DNA of 64,000 nt from Bigelowiella natans CCMP2755 (lineage: Eukaryota > Protista > Cercozoa). Every line of letters begins with the position of its first letter. Positions within the stretch are counted from its first letter, which is position 1. The DNA is taken from NCBI GenBank assembly GCA_000320545.1, contig ADNK01001198.1:1-64000 (forward strand), in the 5' to 3' direction. A model generated the notes under the pieces. The model searched no databases, had not been told where the DNA came from, and saw only the letters and a program-made list of their open reading frames with translations. Shown in pieces: positions 36,017 to 50,432 of this stretch. The translations under genes and the position numbers were made by a program.

Positions 36017-37632
36017 CTCAGTCTAGCAACCCTTATGAGAATGCTGAAAGCAAGGGCAAAGATGATGATGATGATGATAATGAAAAGGAGGAAGAGGAGG
36101 AGGAAGAAGTGAGAGAAGTAAGAAGTTTGAGCTCATTTTTAAGGTAGGTAGATACTACTATTATTATGAATGATTAGTAGCAGCAAGTAGAAGTAGTAAT
36201 AGTAGTAGTAGCAGCACGATAGCAATGTATTCCTTCTGAGATAATGGATTAGTTGGTATGTTATCCTAATGATGATGATGAGGAGGAGGAGGAGCATATA
36301 GTCACAAATTATGTAGTTTGGTAGCTATCTTTCACCTAGTTTCATGTTTTTCTTCGGACTCATGCGAATTTACCACCCCCCCCCCCCCCCTCCCCCCCTC
36401 TCTTTCTCTCTCATATTTTCTGTATGTTTTTCATCATATGTCCATCGGCAATTTTCCAATGAAAATGTGATAATTCAGACCGTCAAAACGATATATTGTG
36501 AAACCGGAGGAAAAGGAGGAGGAAGAGGAGGAGGGAGGACAGGGAAAGATAGATGACCAAAAAATGAAGAAGATGGAAGAAGGAGGAGGAGGAGGAGGAG
36601 AATCAACACAGCAGCAGGAGCAGCAGGTTTTGTGAAAAACTTAACATAAAAAATGACATCAACGGCAAGATTCTTATAGCTGTATTGGGTACAACAGAAA
36701 GATACATGATAAAATATATTTCTATTCTCTATTCATCAAGGAAAATGAAGAGGCCCCAGATGATGACAACGACGATGTTGCTGATTCTACCAAAGAAGTA
36801 TATGAGGAGTTAGCACATATTAATTATCATCAAATACAGATTAGTGAGAATCAAAGATATTATTGTTGCTAAGGATGATGATATCAATGTTCATAACAAG
36901 TCGCACGCTTAGCATGTATAAGTAGTAGTAATGTGTGTATTAAGTGTGTTTTAAACCCATTTATCATCAACATTGCATCAATACGTTTGTTGTTGTTGTT
37001 GTTGCTTTGAACCCATCTCTAAGGCTGCTTTGATGTGTTTGTTTTGAAGGAAAAGAAGATGAAGAAGGAACAAGTAAAAGAAGAAGAAGAAGAAGAGGAA
37101 GAGGACATTTTTGCCAAATCGAAGCATCAGGTTGTAGGTTTCACGCACACTCACACACACACGCACACACACACACACACAAACACACACAACACTCACA
37201 CACAATACACAATATATAATATTTACATAATATGTTGTCGCAACATTAGTCATCTCAAATTACTTGTGCGGGTGAGATTGCAGCAGTATGGAAATGTGCC
37301 AATTGTTGTTCGTTGTCTATCGATTATTTTGTCAAGTTCCGCTCGGTTTTTGTTTCTCAGGTTGATAAACAAAAAACGATTGAAAAATTCGCAGATCTGT
37401 TTGGAACTGGGGACGATGATGATGATGATACAAGGTTATTGAAGCTAAATATGGTGCTAGTGGTAATGGGGTGATAATGATGATGACGGTTATTTTTCAA
37501 TAATTCGTAAGAATCACGTACAATCACGCAACACCAACATGGTTTTCAACGCTAAAAAAAAATTATATGTTTTCTTCCACCAGGACCACACGTGCGAATA
37601 TATTCGGCGACGATGATGATGATGATGACTAA
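28980..37632 (+). CDS. PX-domain + WD40-repeat protein with long acidic low-complexity tail; many small exons
   Basis: ATG 28980. PX motifs FT|EYVILV..HRFSEFSKLH..LPTIPPK..VENRRKQLDTYL. WD40 exons TTGNDRRLVVHD, LSGHKATVNAL, LFSGGRDYLLGLW, GHEKGFVAVWN, FRAHRSQVTDL, CIRFWQF. Last exon NIFGDDDDDDD, TAA 37630-37632. Tail exon structure is uncertain. Confidence 0.78.
34404..34620. repeat. Imperfect triplication of a ~35-55 bp unit interleaved with (CTA)n
   Basis: agacttttacatcaaataaagttaaagaagagtc occurs three times. Confidence 0.9.
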
Positions 37633-38531
37633 TTTGCATCCATTGTGAATTTGGGGCGATAAATGAGCAATTGGCAGCCCCTCCTCGAATTTTGTATTAT
37701 ATGCAAGACAATAAATTTATAAGTAGTGCACAAGAATACGTAGTCCCATATGCTCATGATCATGAATGCTGTAATGGATCGCGAAATCAGCAGCACATAC
37801 AAACAAACGACAAGGCAGGACACTTCAGCGCCAACTAGCCATGTGCTTTTCAAGTCTTTCTAGCTTTGCTGATGACGTATATACCCGCCCGATCACTACA
37901 TACTTCTAGGCCATGCATTGCTAGATTGGTGCCAGCTTCGCTAGTATAGCCAGGCGTCGCAGTCATCGTAATAATGACTATAGATGACTGTGAAAAACAT
38001 GACCATAGCGACGTACCTATATACCAGCTGGTAGCTGGCAAACGTTAGGACGGCGCTTGTGACGTGAAGCATGCTCTACTTGTCTAGATCTCTAGGTATC
38101 TACACTACGATACTATAGCGGCAGCAGCTGATGTTCAATGCATTGCATGAATATCATTGCTGGAGCTTCAATTGCTCAAAGTCCAAAGGCATGCATGCGA
38201 TGCGTACAAATTTAATTTATTCATTGCACATGCTAGCATGCATGCATCATTCTAGCATTGCATGTGTAGCGATAGCAGCTGCGTAGAGCAGATGCCTCAG
38301 CGCGCTGTATACATCTACTAAGCGTATGGTCTACTCTATAGTACTATCTAGAATATTAGAAATGATGTATGCATAGTAGTAGACAACTACTCATGATCGA
38401 AAGATTTGTATGAGGCCTTGTAGATGCGCCAATCAACTATGATAGATCATGCCAATGTCCATTTCATCTTATTTCAATGTCATTCTAATTTGAGTACTGT
38501 TGTCTGCCGACTTTTGGATCCTCCTCCATCA

Positions 38532-39770
38532 TCAATATACAGCAGGATCAAGAACGGGATGATTCTTATCCCTATAGGGTGTTGCCCCGTATGGTCTTAA
38601 ATAATAATACACAAAACAACCACAAACAGAAACAGAAGTTACATTCAATTACATATGCACGCCAAGTATTTGACTATATGACAACACTTTCCTTCCTACA
38701 CACACACACACACACACAAAATAATGACGGGTGGGTTAGTCTCTTGAGAGTAGTACCTGCTTCCATGAGGAACATCTGTTTTGAGGGACTCCAGAAATCT
38801 ATCGAACTGTGGGTCTGTTGTTGTTGTTGTTATTGTTGTTATTGTTATATGATAGGAGGAGGAGGAGGAGGAAGTACTCTTAAAGTCATACACACATATA
38901 TGATGTTTAAATTGTAATTCTCTCTCTAAAGTCTTTTTAACATTCTTTCTTAGACCAGCACCAGGATCACACTTTACTATTATCTTCTTCTTCTTCTACT
39001 TCTTCTTCTTGTTTTCTTAAGTCGTCATGTTATAACCACCTTTATAGAAATCTGGATTTTTCTCGCATTCAGGAATAGGCCCTACCAAGTTGCCGTTCTT
39101 GTCCCACATTTCTGGATATTTCTACGTGTATCGAACAACCAAAAGCACATCATGCATGCATACAACAAGTCATTATCATCACTTTCTAATGAACAAACAT
39201 GAGGAGGATGATTTGATGAAAATCGCTTGGAAGTGAGTAGATATGTAAAATAATGATATCGATCCAATCTGTAAGTGTTGTTGTTGTTGTTGCTGGTCAA
39301 GTTGCAGCATTGCAGGATGTGGATCTACTGCTACTAATATATAGTAGTACCTCTTTCAATATCCGAGTTTCTGTAGGCATTTCTAGGGTGGGGGTGATAC
39401 AATGGTAGGTAGGTACCGGTGAGTAACAACGATGTAATTTATGTTAGGAGTGTATATCATTATCTATCTGTGGCCTGGTACCTAATTTTTCCCCTTTTGA
39501 AAGTTTCATTTTGTCAGTTCTCTCACGGTAGGTTCTCTGTGTGATGGCAGTAAACACGCACGTTAGTAGTAGAAATTATGAATGGCGAAATCAAGCAATA
39601 AGTGTGTGTTGTGTTGTGTTGTGTTGTGTTGTGAGGAGCTCTATAGAGAAAAGTGGAAAGAAAGACCCGCTCTCCCCTACCGAATAACCTGGAATTATAC
39701 TGCAAATGCTTCTCTACAACTATTACTCTGCTTTACTACCACTATGAGTAGTAACAGCATTAATACAATT

Positions 39771-39804
<34 letters not shown>

Positions 39805-42800
39805 CTCGAAACTTTCTTTCCATTCACCCCTTTTGACTCTTTCCATTGTAATTCTGGCAGTAGCAACGGTATCTTGCCAGCTCTGCAGATCAATCATCCA
39901 AATCATTTAGATAATTTTGACTTTTCCATACATGTAAGTGTGGTGGTTGGTAGTGAATGATTGTTGTTGTTATTGTTGTTTAACCTTCACTGCCTCCACA
40001 AACTTCTCAGCAAACCAATTTGACTTAACTTGCTTTGACTTTATGAATTTGGGTTGTGCTCTTTGCTTGTATATCCCTGGTGGACGACGATGACAGTGTT
40101 ATACGATTGACGATTATAATTTGGAAAGAAGAGAAATGATTCAATCATTGATATGTGAATAACATTACAGTCACTACCCATTCCGTTGTTACAACAACAA
40201 CAACAACAACTACTACTACTTCAACTACCTGTAGGGAAATGCACTTCTACTTCCGTGGCTCTTGGATTGACCTACATCAGATGATGATGATGATGATGAC
40301 GATGATGATATTATAGTGAGTAACCAACTCTAGTAGTACCTTACACCAGTAAGGATCTGTTAGTATCGTATCGACGAGTGCAGATCGCTTGACTGTGGAG
40401 TAAGTTTGTCCAATATGAGTGTATCGTTTCCTCCTGTTGAACTTATTAGGAACGTTGTACTAGTAGTAGCAGAATATAGATGGTAGAAGAGAGGGATGGT
40501 GTAACAAAAGAGTAGTTAGTTGATGTTATTCTTTGATGAGCAGCCGGAAAGAAGATTTACAATACAGAAGAGAGGGATTGCTGTAGATTATGGATATGGT
40601 ATTTGTGTCATGTTAGTACTCTTGTCATTAGCTTCAAAGCTCTCTTGTTTCTTTTATATTTCTGGTATCTTTGCCGGTACTGCTGCATCTGAAAATGGTA
40701 GCATTTCAACAGCAGGAGAGAATAATATAAATATGATATACTAATGTTTTACATTGCTCGTGCAAACATATCGATGACAAAAACAAGAAATGTATAACTT
40801 AAACAAGCACACCACACACACATTTGTGTGATGCACGTAACAATTTCAACAAGAGGAAGCAAAGATTAGTTTGTTCTACTAGTAGTACCGATTCGTGTGG
40901 ATATGGAGGATAAGCTCGTTGCCTGTTGTAAAACAATTATAACGATATTATTATCTATCATGTGTGAAGAAGTAACAACAATTATAACGATATTATTTTC
41001 TATCAAGTAGTAACAACAGCAGCGACAACTCATTAGCAACGAGCCAGCTAGTAGTAGTAGTAGGAGTCGTAGTAGTAGTCAGGGTTATTCCACCGTCATC
41101 ACCACTACCACCACCACCTCCACCATGATTGTTCCAACACCATCCTTACCAGCATGATCACAATTACTAGTATTACTTGTAGGCCTTTCTCTGCTCTTCT
41201 GTCATCCGGGGTTCGGTTCCCTCTGCGGACAACAGTCAAGCAACAATTATGATAATGATGATGATGATGATGATGATGATGATTATCCACAGTAGCAAAT
41301 CGACCAGCATTTGAGGAGGAGGAGGCAGGGGGAGGAAGGATGGTTACCATTTTTATTAATTTGGTTATAGTTGATTTTGTATAGTCTTAGTATGATGAGT
41401 TACTGGCTGCTTCGAAAGATTTGTAAGTTCCATCCATAGCTTTGTCTCCGCCTTCCATATACTTCATATCCTGAGTAGTAGAAGCATACCATAATTCAAA
41501 TGAATCCGGACTACTCGACAAGGGATCAATCAGCAGTGAAACAGCAGCAGCAGCATCATCATCATCATCAACAACAACAACAACTGACATGATACTGAGA
41601 TCCTCTGGGATACGAGTCCATGCCCATATCGAACATGTACATGTAATACTCCCTGAGAAGAACGACGAACCACACAAGTAGTATTACATAAATAATAATA
41701 ATAATAATAGCACTATCAACAATAATGAATTAAAAGAAATCATGCATAATACGACTTGAGACTATAAACAACACATTCAATGATAACAACAAATAATAAT
41801 AATAATAATAATAAGCACACATAATACCAAGGAGCAATGATAGCTTCATAGGCCGAGAATCCAAGGACAATAACGAACGACGTGATCCACAGGCCTTTAC
41901 CTCTACCCCAACCCATGCGGTACCAAAAATGATTTCTCTCATCGTATTTATCGGTTGGCTCAGGAGGTTCTTCCCCCTCTTGCACAGGTTTATCGACTTT
42001 GTACATACTTCTGCCACCTTTGCCCTTTTTCTTTCCCTTTTTAGCTTTTCCACCTCCTCCTTTTCCTATGCTGTCTGGATTGAATGCTCTCAGGTATTGA
42101 TACTTAATGTTTTCAATCAGCTTCGATACAAACTCCGAAAGCGGGTTTCTAGGTTGCCCAACGTCATCATCACCGCCGCGACCTCTACCCCTAGCGTTCA
42201 AGCCGAAATTACGATTGATCCCATCATCATCATCGCCTCCTCCAATTCCACTTAATTCAAGTTGTGGAACATACTCCGGGCCAGTGGGATGAGCATTGAA
42301 TAGTCGGTGCTTGGGCAATTTTACGAAAACCTCGTTGAGCCGACTGCTGACTTGCATTCCACCTTGTGATGATGACGAGTGCTGTTGTGCGTGTCGAATG
42401 GGAGTAATTCTAGCACCTGGAATGTAATTTGGAACTCTACTAACACCTCGCGGTGCTGAATATGCAGCTGCTCTAACCTCAGAGGCGATAAACCTAAAAG
42501 AGAGGGACGATGATGCTGCTGCTGATGATGGTGGTGATGATGACGACGATGATGAATATGTACTACATTAATAACTATTCTCCTCACCAATTACAAACCG
42601 ACACCAAAATAGGTTAACAAGAGGGATCATGAGTCGCACCAGTTTTTATGGCAGACATGGAGTAAGACAAGGAAAATTGATTGCTAGAGTGGGTTGGGTC
42701 ACCTTGAGCTGGAAGCCTTGTTGAGTACTGTTGTACTTGCTAATGCCGCTGACAAAAAGAATACGCACGCACATATGCCTAATATTCTTAGGCTCTGGGG

Positions 42801-42884
42801 ACTGTTGCGATGTCGCTTATGATGACGCACAGGCTTGAACGCTCCTCTATTATGAAGCCTCCCTGCTCGATGAGACAACGCCAT
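38532..42884 (-). CDS. Hypothetical spliced protein with signal+transit-like leader and one TM segment (possible plastid membrane protein)
   Basis: MALSHRAG..ILGICACVFFLSAALA leader, Gly/Asp-rich linker, TM LWITSFVIVLGFSAYEAIIAPW. Downstream exons join in frame (KGTEPRMTEEQRKAY, VNPRATEVEVHFPTG, DPQFDRFLESLK) to TGA 38532-38534. No recognised domain; several middle exons are unresolved. Confidence 0.55.
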
Positions 42885-43299
42885 CGCGGCTTGCTCTATT
42901 CGTCTCAAATTGGACCGTATGAGCGAGGTGAACCGGATTATTTATTGTGTACAGATTTTCTTTAATTTTCTACTCACAGAAATGCAATCCTGCAGCTAAA
43001 TCGTTGGGCTTCCCACATGCACCCCCGATAGCTGGTACCCCCCAAATCTTTGAATCAGTATATGAAAATTATACATAGGTCGAAGGCATACCCTAAATTA
43101 TTTCTACGACATCAAATATTTTATGTCATTCATGTAATATGCCTTCAATATATTGTCTATATCAAAAATGCGAATGGACTTCTGTTCTGAAACAATTCCA
43201 GTTCGAAAAATTGTGGGATTTGCTTGTCGCATGCGGAATAAACCCTTCCATTTTGACTGATAATGTTACTGGTCATGGCGGGCATGATGGTGATCAATC

Positions 43300-43930
43300 A
43301 TCAAGTTGCAATTGATCAAAGTTAGTTCGAGGCACTGCGTTTCGTGCACTGCAAATGATGTCTTGCAACATTTTGGAAATGTAGTTTGACATCATTGTTC
43401 ATTGTTCATTGTTCAGCCCACCCAGACAGGCAACGTGTCAGAATGCACCGTTTGGACAACAACAATGATGCTGGCATGTCCAGTGCTTGCTAGCTCCAGA
43501 GCTAGACGATGCATGCTAGCTAGCATGGGATGCCCACATGTCTTCGGACACGCCGGACAGTTTCATCATCCCCGAGGATGTCTCCGCCATTGGAAATCTC
43601 TAGATCTAGCTAGCTCTAGTCGTCTGAATGCAAGTCTAGAAATCATTGCGTGTCAGTCTGTGGGATCGACAGAAACTTGTTCGCGCAATGCTGGAATGTC
43701 CATGCAGCAGACACCCAGCTAGCCAGACCAGCAGCAGGCGTACCAACTTCACAAACGCACACACCTAGACACGCTAGCACGTCTAGACGTGCTGACATGA
43801 TCTGGTGATGACAATGTGACGTGTGCAACGTGTCGCTGCACATCGCAATGAGGCTAAATATGTTGTATGTTGCACGCGGAGATGACATCCACAAAAACAA
43901 TGCGCGTGTACCGCGCCGCCGATACGCAGA
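43300..43930. repeat. Decayed intergenic repeat related to 16.4-17.2 kb
   Basis: Local similarity to the 16.4-17.2 kb block; dense gctagc/gcatgc. Confidence 0.45.
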
Positions 43931-43970
43931 AACATGCTTTTACAGGGTTCTAGTTTTGCCAATCTTTACA

Positions 43971-46101
43971 TCAATCTTTCAACTTTGATAGAATTTTGTA
44001 ACCCATTGTGCGAGTTTCCAAATGAAATGCCTGCTTTGCATGCAGATAAATTTTTGGCGGGCACCAAACCTTTCCACCTCTGCCTGCAATGTCAACTGGA
44101 TTCATGACCTTGATATTATCGAGGAGTTCAGGCATCTTTCCATTTTCGGTATGAACAGATCTTGAAAACGCCTTCGGCACCGATTGGGTACATGTCAAAC
44201 AAAGAACACGTGTACATTCCACAGCTTTGAATAGTTTTAAAATATGAGCTTTGTGCTGGCGAATACTCAAAGACCCAACTCCACAACTTCCTTCGAGGCC
44301 ATTACTCCAATATTCATCCATACCAGGGCTTTCAGATGTCCAATCGTCTGTACGTTCGTATCTGACAGCACCTATATGCCTCAAACCATTTTTAAGTGCC
44401 TGTGTGGCCTTACGTTTTACGTTAAGCAGCTGCCATACAACATTGCCATGTGCATGGACTTGTGCTTGTTGTGTTCCATCATCGACCAATAATGTAATCT
44501 GAGCCACAAATCTAGAATTTCCTCTGCTATTATCTGCTGATAGTGACTTCAGCGAAGGCATCGTGCTATGTGTCTCGTCAGCAGCAATTATATCATTATT
44601 TGGATGATCTTCGCCGTGTTGAGAGCACCCGGAGTCGCAACTTCGACATCCGGGTTTCATCGGTAGGCTACAATGTACACATATCCAAACCATTGAAGCC
44701 TTCTTAACACTAACAACCCGGCATGTGACTTTCAGAGATCCATTTGCTGCAGCAAGAGGCGAAAGGTCCTTTAACAGAACTTCCACGCCTTCACCCCTTG
44801 GAGTCAGAATTGAAGTCTTTTCGGAGATACATCGCGATTTTTGGGGTCCGTGAACATAAGAAAGAAATCTTATCAAATCCGACTTCTCATATTTGCTTGA
44901 TATATACTTTTTACATAATATTTCATCGTTATTATCTTGAAGAAGGTTCCTCAACCGAGGAAAAATATTGGATGAGTTCAGCACTTGAGAAGAACCACAA
45001 GCAAATAGATGATGAAATGGAATTGTTGACACCACTTCAAACCTTGAGTGTTGTGTAGTTCTTACATGCAATGATGCTGGGTATGACAGCTTCCTTGATC
45101 TAGTCGTCGTTTGGCACTTAATATTTTTTCGGGTAAAAAGTTTTTTGGCCTGCGAAACTCGAATCCTTGCCCCGGGCAACACACAAAGAGGATACAATCC
45201 CAAATAAAGGGAATGGTGCACAAAGATCCGACGACCATCAGAAATAGCCCTTAGCTCAATTTGCCATTGACCTATTGAATTACTGTTACTGCTATCTGAT
45301 GAGTTTCTCACCGCATGACCACGTTTATCGTCGTCAATAGTTGGATTGAGAAAATACCATCGCTTGGCGATCACAATGCCTTCGAAATCCTCCACAGTGG
45401 TGTTATTCTTCTCCACACTTCTACTACTACTGCTACTACTACTACTACTACTACTACTACTATTTGTTGGACTAGTTTCCTTAATATTGTAACCATTCTT
45501 ACGATTATTTCCCTCATGGGTCATTACTTCTACTTCCTTTTTCTTCCTTTCTTTATCAATGCTATTCGATACTACAGGTATAATTCGTATCTTCGAATCC
45601 CCTCCGTGATGAATAGGTTGGTTACTACTGCTCCTACTTGTTCGTAGCTGCTGCACCTTCTGCAAATTGAGAGAAGAAATTGCTGATGATGACGACGATA
45701 TATGCTTGTTTGGGGGCGGCTTTATCATAAACGCATCATCATCAGCAGCAACAAAATTTCCCTTGATTGAGGCGGTTGTTGTAGTTGTTGTTAAGGCAGC
45801 AGCATTTGCAACAGCATTTGTAGTTTTCATAATCCCGTTTATTTCATCTAATCGGTCGTCAAGATGATAATTTACTATTGTCATATCTCCCCCCTCTTCT
45901 TTTTCTTCAAGAGATCGTTTTCGATTACTCCTATTCCTAATTGGTTTTAAGCAGTCCTTGCTGCTACTGGTAATGTCTGTTCTTCTTTTCCTTTTTTTCG
46001 TTACCATACATTGCCGTTGTAGGGGCATTATCATATTATTTGGAACAATATCATTATTATTTTTATTATTGTTATTATTACTATCATTATTACAATTATT
46101 T

Positions 46102-46135
<34 letters not shown>

Positions 46136-46390
46136 AACCGCTATTTCTATTACTCAGATTATTGCCATGAGAAGTTAGCAACGACTTGTGATAGTTATCT
46201 GTAGTAGGAGTGGTGGTAGTAGTTGTAGTAGTTGTAGTAGTAGTCTTCGTAGTAGGTGCTGCTGCTGCTACTGGGCGAGATATAGCACTACCACCTCCAT
46301 CTTTGAAAAATTAAACATCAATACCAAAATATTTAAGATATATTATACATCCTCCTCCCTTACCAGGACTTACGACTACTACTATTACTA

Positions 46391-46423
<33 letters not shown>

Positions 46424-46630
46424 GACGACTACGAAAACAAATAATAATACTTTGATTTCAAGGGTGGGTACTCACACATTGATAATAATGTCTTCTTCTT
46501 CTTGTGATTATTTTCATCATCTTGCAGTATTATTGGGGTTGTGATGGTATTTAATGCCTAATTTATCACAACAACTATACCTGCTTGTTTATTGGTGCTG
46601 ACGGGATCATTTCGATGCTGGTCCTTTGGA

Positions 46631-46664
<34 letters not shown>

Positions 46665-46845
46665 GAGGTGGGGGAGGGAAGAATAATCGAATTGAATCGA
46701 TATGACACATAATGTACAACAACATCGTATTATTATTATTATTTCGAAGACTATTCATTTCTGAACATACTGACGACGCTAAACCACTCCTTTCAAAGCT
46801 GCTTTCTTTTTCCTGTTCTTCTTCTCCTGCAGCACCAGCAGAATG

Positions 46846-46881
<36 letters not shown>

Positions 46882-47275
46882 AAGGCAGACCCCTCCTTCA
46901 GTTGCTACTGCTGCTGCTGTGGTACTCTTCTCGTCTGCTGCTGCTTCTTCTCCTTCTTCTTCCTCCACAATTATAAACTCATTTATACATATTATCTGTC
47001 CTATGTACTTTGACAAGGCGCTGCTACCAGTAGACGACGAAGATAACGATGACGACAACGATGACGACTTCTTCTGATTATTTATATCCTTTGCTGCTGC
47101 TGCTGCTGCTGCTGTCTTCGTCAGCACCATAATATTCAAGGATCCTGTACGATCTTGCAGAATTAGGCGCTGGTGAGTACAACTACTATTGTTATTTTCT
47201 TCAATGAATGATAATGTGCCCACAAGTATCCCCGGAGCCATTATTACAGCACCGCCACCATCATCATCATCATCA

Positions 47276-47310
<35 letters not shown>

Positions 47311-47388
47311 AATACTAGTTTTATTCTTCTTTATCCCTCTTACCTTCTTCGAATGTTGCTTATGTTTCTGTTGGTAATGCTGGTGGTT

Positions 47389-47420
<32 letters not shown>

Positions 47421-50042
47421 GATGGTGATGTTTTGTAAATCGCATCATCATTCTTTGAGCCACGGATCGTTTCACAGGAAACTTAATCAAACAAGATGGA
47501 ATGCTCGCCCAGCGTACTTCCTCGAATCTAACAGTAAAATTAACAACCACAATAATCAGATAAAAATAACTAGGAAATCTGATGACAAGTTGTATATGAA
47601 TATTGTTCAGTTTGCTCAACTTGTTGATTATTCTATTTCTCTTCGGTAATAATATCTTCTCACCGATGATTCCCCTCCCGTTTCTTTGTTCCAGGCCTCA
47701 TTATCAATGTATTAAGTTCTTCCTCCTCGTGGTCAATGAAGAAGAAACCAACAGAAGAAGGTGACGAAGAAGGCATCGGCTTGCAAGATTCCTTCCTCTG
47801 TAGATTATATTTCGTAAAAATACCAGATGTTTGTTTCTCTCTATAACCAAACCAAATTTTGTTATTATGTAAATGATGGTGGTAATTGGTGTGTCAATGC
47901 TGGAAATTACTCATTTTGTGATATTCTAAACGGTTATGGTTATGGTGGGTAGTGATAATGCTAGTGTGAGTTTAGTTGGCTGCTGTTGCTGATCGACCTC
48001 CAAATAATCCAAAATTCTCCTTGCATTGGGAATCCACTCGTTCAAGCTTGGTATAAGCTGATTTATCATAATTTACAAAAATAATAAACACACGTGTATG
48101 TGTATGTGTGTGTATCAAAAATATAAATGATGAACTCATCCCTGTACAAAGCTTCCAGATATAAGTGTCTGTGATGACCTCTATTGTCACACTCTCTCTC
48201 TCTCTCTTTCTCTCTCCTTCTGCTCGTGTAGATTTGTAATTGCATATGCAGTGAATTAGTCACATATAACTACCAGTTTTGCGGTGAAATCACCGTCAGT
48301 TTCAGAAATACTTGTGCTTCTTCTATTGGTATTATCTCTATATGAGTACCCTCCAACGTGGCAAATTCGTCGGTGATGTATAAATTCAATATAAGGTGGT
48401 CGACTTTGCTGTTTCTTTCCTAGTTCCTTTTGCCACCGCAAACTACGCAATCGAGTAGAACCAGTAGCTCCAATTAAATCAACAAATCTTTGTCGAGAGA
48501 CATCATTATCTGATCCATCTTTTTGTTTTGAATGATGTTGAAGCTCGTTAGTAGCAGCACCGAGATGACTCTCTTCGTTCTTGCTATTTATTGCTGCCGA
48601 CAGTGGGGCATTTCGATAGCTTTTATTTAGAGATACAAATGCCAATTCGGTGTACTTGACGAAATCCTTTGTTTTGATATAATGCTTTAGGCGCATCTGT
48701 GTGAATAAATACAGAAGATACTCGAACTCCGATGCAGATACTCCATGAAAAGCGCTCCAAAATTTAGCCTTTGTTCTGCTGAAAGGCCGACTAACGATGC
48801 TATGGATGCTATTAATGTGATTATTCGATGAGAGTTTCACAATTCTAACAGTAGAGTGGGTGCAGCATGCAAGACCAAGAATACATCCCTTATAACCTTT
48901 AACCAAATGAGCGTTCCAAATCTCAACGAAAGCCCCTGGACGAATACCAACTCCCAACTTAAAACATGGTAAGTAATGATCTGTAAGGAATAGAGTCACA
49001 GCATCGTCGAGGCAATACACGAGATCTGTGATTTGGCGTGTGATTAGGCCATGATAGTTACAAAATCTTGATGAATTGCCTTCAATTTTACTCCTTTTTT
49101 TGGCCTCTTGAAAGCAGAGGGCAGGATGGTCTGCGGCTGATGAGACGTGTGTAATTGCTGTTTTCGTAGTATTTAATAAATAGTAGTCCAACATATTATT
49201 GGCAGCAATGATGCTTTCTGATTCCTTTCCAAACAAGGAAGACTTCCAGACCATGTTGTGAAATCTATAAATATTCCCCGGGCATATCATTGACAAATAT
49301 CGAAGCGCAAGATTGCGCAATATGATAGTCACTGGTGTGTGGTTTGTGGTTAACGGATCTCTTAATTCGACCATAAATTGGGGTTTCTGAGCGGGGCCCA
49401 AAATTGTAGGACTCACAGCTGTTACGAGACCTTCTATGTTGAAAGGCTTTTGTTCGATGCAATAATCACGCAAATGAAATGCCTGCATGAATGTGGATAC
49501 TTGAGTATTTCGTCTCCAAGCAGATGAAGATCCACTTTCAGCCAATAGCAGAACACGTGCGCAATCGACCTCGCAAACAACTCTGAGACAATCAAAATTA
49601 GGGTGAGGAAATACATACACCACTATCTTTGAATGGAATTTACCGTGGTGGCTTAGTCGGTGCAAGAAGGCAATTCCACTCGCGAAATAGTACGATACTT
49701 TTGAAGAGAGAAGGATCTCCGTTGGCGACTACACAGGCTACGCGCCCTGTCCGATCCATCATCTGAATGAGATAACGAAGAAGATGTAAATTTTGAACTT
49801 GATGTATTTGCACCGTTGTTTTTAACCTCTAATTCTCCATTCGTGTGAGTTAGCACCCCAACTAAGAGAGTACGCTCGACACATTGTTCTTGTTCAACTA
49901 GATTCTTGATATCCTTCATTGAAAGAAGGCGAAAAGTACGAAGGGATTCGGGAAGAACCCTTTCTTTAAATGCTTGCTGTAAGATCTTGGAACAAATCGC
50001 AGCGGCAGGTCCTCCGACCTTACTTTTTAAAGACTCTTCCAT
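43971..50042 (-). CDS. CTC1: CTC1-like (CST complex large subunit), multi-OB-fold protein
   Basis: IRPGAFVEIWNAH..LACCTHSTVRIV; LILQDRTGSL; YPLCVLPGARI; Zn-ribbon WICVHC..CRSC followed by AQITLLVDDGTQQAQV. Overall size and motif order match CTC1. Spans ORFs 49653-50042, 48256-49665, 46558-47619 and 43971-46181. Confidence 0.78.
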
Positions 50043-50432
50043 GAAGCTCAGGGTAGCGGTAACCTTAACGCCCAGCAGAGCTTTCCTTCCACATTATTGT
50101 ATTTTGGACCGGCCGCTGGCGGCATTTCGGTCCAGAAGGCGGGGGGCGGAAGGTCTTCCAAACCCGGGCGCGAAAACTGTGGGCTTGGTTTAGTAGATTT
50201 TATCGGAATTACAACAATGTGATGTCGCAGATCAAGAACCACATGAAATTCCACCTTTTTTTTTTACCATGACTATTTGATGTCGTAGAAGTAGAATCCC
50301 ATCAGTTTGGAGCATCGTCGTTGGTGACTAACCTAACGGTGTCCCTACCCTTTCTTGCTTGAGGTTACCGTACGTCCCTTGCGTGGGGACAGAGGAGTGC
50401 AGCACACACACTTGATCCTGAACCTGAGCGAA

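Noticed and set aside
41105-41390. Two separate genes only ~36 nt apart (stop 41387, ATG 41350)
   Set aside because: A GT-AG intron containing the (CAT)n run joins the two parts in frame (AA|KGTEPRM), so a single gene is more parsimonious.
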